Notes under the pieces: generated by a model | What the model saw: only the letters and a program-made list of their open reading frames with translations | What the model was told of the DNA's origin: nothing | The model's database searches: none | Assembly (NCBI RefSeq): GCF_006345805.1 | Contig: NC_042998.1 | Location: 162,440,001-162,504,000 of the forward strand | DNA length: 64,000 nt | Reading direction: 5' to 3' | Source of the DNA: Octopus sinensis | Lineage: Eukaryota | Shown here: positions 55,308-64,000 of the stretch, in pieces | Numbering within the stretch: the first letter of the stretch is position 1 | Layout of the letters: every line of letters begins with the position of its first letter | Translations under genes and position numbers: made by a program

Positions 55308-55573
55308 TAATAAATGCAAAGTATGTTTTTATGTGCTATTATTAGTTCCATGTGCTGAGAGAATGCCAGACAGTATTTTTTAATATGTCTGGTGTCGTAG
55401 CACAATCATCAGGCACTGCCCACATGGCATAATGAACTAAAAAGTTTTAGTTTGTTGTGCCATGTGAGGAGTGCCTGATGTTAGGACATGAGACATGTTA
55501 CAAAATACTGTCTGGCATGCTCTTAGCCCATGAAACTAATAGTAGCACATAAAAACATATTTTGTGTGTATTA
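55308..55573. repeat. Foldback inverted repeat (palindromic MITE-like), ~130-bp arms
   Basis: Arms align along their whole length, e.g. TATGTTTTTATGTGCTA.TATTAGTT.CATG.GCT.AGAG.ATGCCAGACAGTATTTT and CATCAGGCACT..CACATGGCA; 2-nt loop in CTAAAA-AG-TTTTAG. Confidence 0.85.
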
Positions 55574-56569
55574 AATAATATATATACACACACACTCAAG
55601 TGAATGGACAAATGAAAGAGAAGGGCATCCAACACATTTCATATGAGTTACATGTATTATTTAAAACAGTTTGATTTGGTTCCAGGCAACTTCATGTTTC
55701 ACTGGCCTCTAAGTGAAGCCCATCTCTTTCAGGCTTTGGACAGGCTTTTGTTAGAAGCCAGCAAAACTTTACATCATATGGAACTGTATCAAACTGTTTT
55801 TAATGAAAATGGTAATAATGGACTCTCCCATCAAAGACGACATATGAGCATTCAATTTTTGCTGAATGACCTTCACAAATGGTTTGTTTATAATGATCAA
55901 ATGTATGTGTTGTACATTGGCTCACTCCCTCCATCAGATTGACATTGTCTGAGCAGGTGCACTGTGTACCTTGTACCTTGTGTCGAAGTGATTGCAGAAC
56001 AACATGAAATGAAGTGTTTTACTCAAGAGCACAATGCACTGCGCAGTCTAGGAATTGAAATTACGATCACTAGATTGTGAGTACAGCACCATAACCACTA
56101 CACCATGCACCATACACACACACATACACACACTCACGCACACACAGCACACATAGCAAACTTTTTAAAAGCCGCCAGTTGGTGCAACAAAACAATCTTA
56201 GCATCTCATTCAGTGTGTTGTGAAATGGAAAAGGCTATAAATTAGTGATCTGTTGGTTAAGGCACCAACTAAAAAAGTAGATAATTTATTCCTGTTACAA
56301 GTTGTGTTGTATCTACAATCAAGTTACTCGACTACTCTCAATTGCTGTAGTCTACTCAGTTGACACACAATAGAAAGTATTTGCTTTTCTAAGCTATGAT
56401 ACCACAGTAAAATTAACAAGGTGTTTACATTGCAAGTAGTGCTGGTTTCAAATTCTTCTATGGTAGCCAGAAATGTCATTAGGTATACAGCTTAGGATCC
56501 TTTGTTTTCTGCATCATCTCAGTTCATGCTGTCATTGAATCCACATTCTGGGAGGCTGGTTCTTTAATA

Positions 56570-57210
56570 TGTTGAATGGTTGGTAGGTTAGTTGGTTGGT
56601 TTGATAGTTGGCTGTTTGGTTGGTTGGTTGATTGATTGGTTGGTCAGTTGGTTGGTTGATTGGTCAGTTGATTGGTCAGTTGGTTGATTGGTTGAATGGT
56701 TGACTGTTGGCTGATTGGCCAGTTGGTTGGATGGTTGGTCAGTTGGTTGGTTGGTCTGTTGATTGGCTGGTAAGTTTTCTGGTTGGCTGGCTAGTTGGTT
56801 AGTTGTTTGATTAGTTAGTTGGTTGGTTGGTCAGTTGGCTGGTTGGTTGATTGGTTGGTTGACTGACTTGCTGGTTGTTTGGCTGATTGGTCAGTTGGTT
56901 GGTTGATTGGTTGGTTGGTTGATTGGTCAGTTGGTTGGTTGATTGATCAGTTGGTTGATTGGTTGGTTGGTTGGCTGACTAGTTGTCTGGCTGGTTGATT
57001 GGTCAGTTGGTTGGTTAGTTGATTGGTTGGTTGGCTGGCTGGTTGGCTGGTTAGTTGCTTGGTTGGTTAGTTGGTTCGTTGGTTAATTGATTGGTTGGCT
57101 GGCTGGCTTGTTGATTGGTTGGTTGGTTGGTTGGTTGGTTAGTTAGTTGATTGGTTGACTGGTTGGCTGGTTGGTTGGTTGGCTGGCTGGCTGGCTGGCT
57201 TGTTGGATGA
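56570..57210. repeat. Degenerate (GGTT/GGCT/GATT)n tetranucleotide array
   Basis: Direct inspection. Confidence 0.9.
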
Positions 57211-58549
57211 TTGCTTATTATTTAACCATATGTTCTGTTTGAAAAGACCCATTCACCTATAAACAGAAATCTTTCAGTCATCCACCACTACTCTACTTTC
57301 ATTCAAAACTACAGTCTGGACAGATCATAGTAGCTAACATGTAAGAGTTCTTACTTGAAACTTTATAACAGAAACAGAGGAAGTAAAAATCCATCACCTC
57401 AGTAACTTTTCTGTCTTTATTGAGAAAGCAGAAAAATGTTTAGAGGCTGAAATGGTGGTCACTAAGATGTGTTGCATTAAAGGAATTTAGACAATGTAGT
57501 CTCATCATTTAAGACAATAAGGATGTGGAAATTAATAGAGAGTGGCTTAATAATCTTCTTTTGTTGTGATGGTAAATGGATTGGTGGAGTCATAGTTTAT
57601 GAGTACTTGGTTCCTGGTCTCTTCACATAGACGATTCTGATAAAAAGACAGAGAAAAGAAGGAATATTACTCAGTACTTTATTTGTTCTTTATTTATTGA
57701 CTTCAAAAAGGTGAAAAGCATGGTTGACCATGGTATGATTTGAGCTAAAAGTGCAGAGGGTCACTCAGAACAAATTCTGAAAATTTCAGAAATGCAGAAT
57801 TCTGCAATTCTACAATTTTAGAATTTCAAAATATTTCACAATTTTTTGCAATGGAATTTGCTGTTCTAAATTTTGAGCAGTTTGAATAAATGCTCAAATT
57901 CTGTAGAACACAAAGTAAAAATTCCAACAGAGTTTCTGTCTGATACTCTTATGACTCTGCCAGTTCACAAATTTGGATTAATGAATAATGACTCGGCTAC
58001 TATTAAATCTTTGTAGTCTGACTAACCATTACCTCATAACAAATGATGGCATTTTTTATCTGCTTCCTACCAGAAGATTTTTAACTCTTTCCCTATAGTT
58101 TACACCTGTCAGAAGTTAAGAAGGGGAGTTAGCGAGAGGAATTCTCAATCTATCACATAAATACATTATCATGAGACAAATATAAACTATTTTAAGCTGG
58201 AATTTTACCTTGAGCAATAACTGAAACCTAGACGCATTATAATATGATATTTATTTTAATTATATTGCTTTGTATTACATTAATTTGGGAGTGGCAGACC
58301 GACCAAACTGCCTGATTTAATAACCACCAGCTAAGTTTCAGATTCTCTTTGTAAGTTTCATTCCATTGTAAGTATTTAGATCAAACTTCCATTCTTTTAT
58401 CTTTTGTTTTACTTGTTTCAGTCATTAGACTGTGGCCATGCTGAGGCACTGCTTTGAACCTGGAACTATGTGGTTGGGAGGCAAGTTTCATACCACACAG
58501 CCATGCCTGTGCTAATGTCTTTTCTTTTTAATATTTGGTCTGAGTAGAT

Positions 58550-59230
58550 TGACCCACAGTTTGCCAAGTTATACATCCAGCCACTTTAATCTCACCAACC
58601 TGGGAAAGACTGTAAAGGTCATAGGTATTACCCTTTCTATCTTTCTTAGGGAAGCAGACTTGGAAAGAACAACCATTATAACTCTGCTGTCCTCACCCAT
58701 AGGAGTTTCAGTAATAAGACCATCAAACAAGGAGATACAATCTCTCTAAAGCTCCTCACTGCACATCTAGAAGTTATTATCAGAGACATTGATTGAAAAA
58801 GTAGTGTCAATATCTACAGCAAGCTACTAACACACCTCTGATTCACAGGTATCATAGTGTTCATCAAAGAAACCTCAAGCCAGCTGTAAATCATACTGAC
58901 AGAGCTGAGCATCTAGAGTTTAACTGTAGACCCCACAATACATTTTATGCAAGCAAAATATACACAGTGTGAAAATGTAGTACAAGGTCAAATTGTGTTT
59001 TAGGAAATTATCAAAATGAGGAAGTGAAGGAGTATATTCATCTGGGACAAACAGTAAATATATGCTAAGGCATGAATGCTGAAAGCTTGCACAAAATAAA
59101 AGCAGGGTGGAAGGCTTTTCCTTGATTAAATATATGCTCAAAGCACTGTTGGATAAAATTCTGTACACCAGTCTCTTCAATAGCACTGTACTACCAAGGC
59201 TCTTATACTCAAGTGAGACTTCATATTACA
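58550..59230 (+). mobile_element. RTE-clade LINE RT fragment, decayed
   Basis: KTIKQGDTISLKLLTA...NIYSKLLTHL*FTGIIV (QGDTISP and LRFADD-type motifs) and AGWKAF...LFNSTVLPRLLYSSET. Confidence 0.7.
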
Positions 59231-59559
59231 GCAATAAAATAAATTTTTATTAACAAAAATTCTTTATTCACATTTAGTGATGAGAACAATGTGTGTGTGT
59301 GTGTATTTGCACATTGTATGAAAGACAAATTGGAAAAATAATCTCAGATTATTTTAAGGCATTAAAAATTATGAAAGTACTTTTTGATTAAATTGAACAT
59401 TGATACATGCAAATATTTCATTGCCACACTTTATTATGCACGTTAGTAACATACATATTAACATTTACAATACGGCAGGCTGAAGTTGACCTTAATAAGA
59501 CAAACTCCACTAAATGTTTGGCATCTTACACTTCAAAGAACAATTTAATTTATCGTGAT

Positions 59560-61700
59560 GAAAAAAAAAAAACTAAATGAGATATAAACCCTGACAGATT
59601 ATCAAAATGAGTAACTTTTGTGACATAATTCCAAGCAAGAAACCTGCAAAATTCTGTGTCATCTTCAAAAATTGTCCTTCAAAGAAAATGTTCTGCCATG
59701 TTAGTCATTCATTTGTTAAGAATATTTTTAGCTTTATCCATTACAGAATACCAAATTCCAAGATGTACAAAATCAGATTATTTAAATTCTTGGCTTTATC
59801 TTCTGATCCAGAATCATATTGACCCTTCATATCTGAACTGGATAGGAAAACACCCTCAAATGCACAGGGGAGTGGTCATTGCTTCACTGCAAATTGTCCA
59901 GTCACACGAGTTAATCCAACTCGCACTAAGACACAAAGTCTCTAATGACACAATTTTGCTATGGAAACCAGTTCATAAAATGCTCTGTCATTGACTAATC
60001 TTCTTATATTATCAAGCACAATGCTCAAATTATCCTAATTTCAATGAAAAGGCCCTGTATTAAATTTCAAGGAAGACTGCTCAATTTTCCAAAAGCTTAG
60101 ATATTTATCAATTTGTAGCCTGACTTCAAAGAATAGAACCAAAATCCAAAGATGTAATCTTTCTTCTTTCAATGCCTTATTTCTCAAATACACCCTATAA
60201 CACTTGGTGAAAATGGTAATTCTTGTAGAATATTAAACAGTTCATTTTCTTATTTTCTTCTTTATTTGCAGTGTATCAACACATACTATTGCTGATTTTA
60301 TATTTTTCATAATTGATACAGAAAGTATGATACATCCATAAGCTTGTTTAGGAATCTGTTACATCAACTTTATGTATGGTCTACATATATATGTATAATT
60401 CAAATAAATATAGTCATTGTTAGAACCCTGAAGTAGATTTCATGTCATATAAGAAGATTTAGGAATCTATCACCTGCTTTGCAAATTCTTCAGTATTTTG
60501 ATTTTAAGTGGAATAAGCTGAGGTTTCTGCATAAAAGCTTGCATTCCCTAAATGACAGTGCAGAGAACTGAGTTTGCTGTCTCTTGCACATTTATATAAC
60601 CAAACAATAATCCTCAGTCTAATATATATTTGCCACTACATGTTCCCTCATAATCTTCACTGTCATTAATATAAAGAATTCTTTTTGATATTAGTATGTG
60701 GTCACAAGTTTATAATGAAGGTATATATTTCTGTATTACAATATTTCTGAATATTTCTCTGTATTCAACTCAAGTCATTTTCATAGTATTTCTACCATTT
60801 AAGACAGCTAAATTATTCTTATCAGTTTTTACTGTCCATTTCATTCCTAAGTTTACTTTATGCATTCTTGATTGGTCCACGACAGAATTAAATATTGGTG
60901 TAGCTTCCATACGAGTGTTCCATTCAGTTTGGTAATCTTCGTGACACCCACCACCTCCTCAGTATATTGGTTTTCTTGGCTTTCAAGGAGCTCATTTGTT
61001 GTTGAGAAATTTTGCTTTTTAATCCTGCTGGATGTACTTAACAATTACTTCACTGAATAAACCTAGAAGGGAACTAGTTTAATTACTGACCAATCAGCTA
61101 TGGGCCTGTAGTTACTGGATTACATGGTTTCCAATGGTGGATTTTCATTGACCAATGATAGAAGTGGTTTTGATTTGACTCTGTATTTCTGGGACTCAGT
61201 TTATTGAACTTTGTAAGCTTTGATTTGAAAGTATAAATAGATATAAATAAATATTTTATCTGACACTCTACTGTTGCTGCCAGACCAGTCACAAAAAAAA
61301 TATTTAGTTGAAGTGGAATGGTTCTAAACAGAACTCAAAACAAAACATTAAACTTGAGCTTGAAGGAGCTCAAATTTGCTGTTTTGAAACAATTTAAAAA
61401 ATGACTATTTTGAAATCACAAAAAGTATCTTTCATTTATAGCATTGGATTCAGAGCAATTAAAAGTGGATTTAAACTACTGGAAAGCTTAAATCATTTTC
61501 TCTTTCAATTAGTATACAGTTTTGGCTTACTTGATGCATTGCTTTTTTTTCTTGATGTTTAATTAACCAAATATTGGTAATTGGTTCAATTGTTAAGGTA
61601 GGAATTCTCAAATGATGTTTTACTCATGACAAATGAAAATATTTCGAGATAGTTTATGCATAATGTAAAAATGAAATATTCAAAAAATATATATATATTT
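59560..61700 (-). pseudogene. Unidentified intronless fossil coding sequence
   Basis: Hand count over 61078-59576: about 20 stops in one minus frame versus about 47 and 42 in the other two; protein-like blocks such as GGGGCHEDYQTEWNTRMEATPIFNSVVDQSRMHKVNLG. Confidence 0.55.
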
Positions 61701-61967
61701 TTGACTATTTATGCATCTCTTCATTATTAAGTGAATGACCCTTGCATAACTAGTACTGATTTCTTTTCCAAGAGTTTTAAATAAATTCCAAAAGAGAAAC
61801 AAATAGAGCTAGTACTGCATGAGTTAATAATTAAATAAACAACAACATATCTGAATCTGCTTTATGTATTGTGTAATTTGTTTAAAATTGTGTTCTCTCA
61901 ACTGTTAATGGGAACATATAACAGTTATATTTAAAATTTATATTTGTACTGAAAATAGTACAATATT

Positions 61968-62183
61968 TTAACCTTTTAGCATTTAAACCTGCCATACCTG
62001 ACCGAAATATTCCACCTGTTTTATGTTAAAACTGATCAGGTCCAACCTCTCACACCTACCCTACAAAGTCATTCTGAAAATAAATAATTGCATCATCGAG
62101 ATCTTAAGGCTATGATTAATTCAAAATAGTGTGAATAAATAAGCATTATATTTGATAGAATAAGCTGAATGCTAAATGGTTGA
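61968..62183. mobile_element. TTAA MITE, same family as 37339
   Basis: TTAACCTTTTAGCATTTAAACC...CTGAATGCTAAATGGTTGA. Confidence 0.75.
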
Positions 62184-62455
62184 AAGAAGTATAAGTATAT
62201 AAATATACACTGGTTAATATATGCATGTTGTATACACATAGCATAGCATGAGGTGTGTGGACAATACAGGCAGCCACTTTTTATATTTGTGTTTGCTGCA
62301 ATTGAAAATATGTTAAGCTTAACTAAGTAGATAGTCAGTTTGGTTGTCACAAAGGATAGCCAAAAACCATAGTATACCACTAACTATTAGTTGTATAGTT
62401 CTCTGTGGAAAGAACAGCCTCTGAGAAAGACTCTTATTAGAGTTGAAATATGACT

Positions 62456-62655
62456 GGCCTTTGTGCCGGTGACATGTAAAAAGCACCCACTACACTCTTA
62501 GAGTGGTTGGAATTAGGAAGGGCATCCAACTGTAGAAACTTTGCCTGATCAGATTGAGCCTGGTACAGCCTCTGGCTCACCACTCCTCAGTCAAACCGTC
62601 CTACCCAGGCCAGCATGGAAAGCAGACGTTAAATGATGATGATGATGATGATGAT
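62456..62655 (+). mobile_element. LINE 3' tail fragment ending in (GAT)n
   Basis: TTGTGCCGGTGACATGTAAAAAGCACCCACTACACTC...GGAAGGGCATCCA...GTTAAATGATGATG; same family as at about 3400, 10617 and 22195. Confidence 0.7.
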
Positions 62656-62693
62656 ATATGTATATATATATGTGTGTGTGTATGTATGTAGGT

Positions 62694-62725
<32 letters not shown>

Positions 62726-62772
62726 CTATCTATCTATCTATCTGTCTATATATATATATATATATGTATATA

Positions 62773-62836
<64 letters not shown>

Positions 62837-64000
62837 TATAATGGGCTTCTTTCAATTTCTGTCTACTAAGTCTACTCACAAGGCTTTGGTCAGCCTGAAG
62901 CCATAGTAGAAGACCCTTGCTCAAAGTGCCGTGCAGTGGAACTGAACTTGGAACCATGTGGTTGGGAAGTAAGCTTCTTACCACAGAGCCACGTCTGCAC
63001 CTATTCATAATTATTAATTATAGTTGTTATAACTTTATATTTAGAATTTCAGTACATGTTTCACACACCTTTTAAGTTTAATTTTTGCAGTATTCCTAGT
63101 TATATCCTGCAATCCAGCACCATGCCATGGATGTGTGCACAGTTTGAGAAAACCATTGAGCTAGGGCAGTGAAACTTTTTACTTATTGAGTTTAAATCCA
63201 TAGCAGGCTAGCAGTTGTCTCTCTGGGAAGGACACTTAACATCAAAATATGTCACGGTTCACATAAGTGCATAGACAGGTATCAGATCCTCAGGGGATAT
63301 TACTTACCATAGACTGGTATCCTATACTATCCAGGGGGGCACATCTATCACTTTTCCATTTAAAAATTCAAGTTATAAATGTTCAGCTAAACACGTCTTA
63401 CATACCCACCAGGGCTTCCCTTGGAGATATTTACTCTGAAACTTTACAAAATACAGGGGGAAAAATGTAAAATGAAGAAGGAAATTTGAAGGTAAAAACC
63501 CCCATGAATATTCTAGATTGCTAGTAATCAGTGTATCATTTCGATGCCTTAATTCCAAAACCAAAAAGGGGAAACTGTCATGAACGCTCCCTTATGTCAC
63601 AAAAAGCAGCTGTTTGATGAAGCATAAGGAATCAGTTGAATTTTGTTTGTTGTAATTTTATATTTTAATTTCTTGTTTGTAACCAAACACCCTGATATCA
63701 CTCAGATATAACACAGAGTATGTGAGTGGGCAGCCTTGAGTGGCAAAGATTGGGTGTTTGGGTATGTGCGTAAAAGAGAGAGAGGTGAAAGTAGGTTTAT
63801 CTCGGGAACTTTGTTCTCCCCTCTATCTTACCTCCTCCTCCTTCTCCTCTTCCTATACACAACAGTGCTTTCAGTTCGTTTACTTGATGACTATCAACTT
63901 ACCTTGTTATGTGAGTATGCCTGAATACTGAATTCCTCTCCATTTCTCCCACTATACCTCCTGACATCACAGCCCCTTCAAAACCATTCACCATTAACTC

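Noticed and set aside
59580-59830. DMKGQYDSGSEDK, GFLLG and IFEDDT as reverse transcriptase motifs A/B/C
   Set aside because: The motifs fall in different frames with wrong spacing and the upstream RT motifs are absent; resemblance is probably chance, pending an HMM search

Overview
AT-rich, repeat-saturated metazoan DNA, most likely octopus (coleoid cephalopod), judged from the tRNA-derived SINE families and very dense (TA)n/(TG)n/(TATC)n/trinucleotide microsatellites. It looks intronic or intergenic. I found no confidently identifiable host gene, tRNA, rRNA or CRISPR array, and most ORFs in the track come from microsatellites or SINEs. Recognisable content: several SINE families, TTAA (piggyBac-type) and TA (Tc1/mariner/pogo-type) MITEs, decayed piggyBac and Tc1/mariner transposase fragments, RTE-type LINE fragments, and a Penelope-like element with a GIY-YIG endonuclease and an inverted terminal repeat. 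Three things stand out. (1) At least five hammerhead-ribozyme-like motifs sit on Penelope-related small elements that land in microsatellites, including a subfamily with the variant core CUGUCGA. (2) A 1.5-2 kb intronless fossil ORF at about 59.6-61.7 kb (minus strand) belongs to no family I recognise and has TGA-skewed stops. (3) A 266-bp foldback hairpin and two phase-compatible candidate minus-strand exons 37 kb apart. All translations, counts and pairings were done by eye; coordinates of decayed repeats are approximate.
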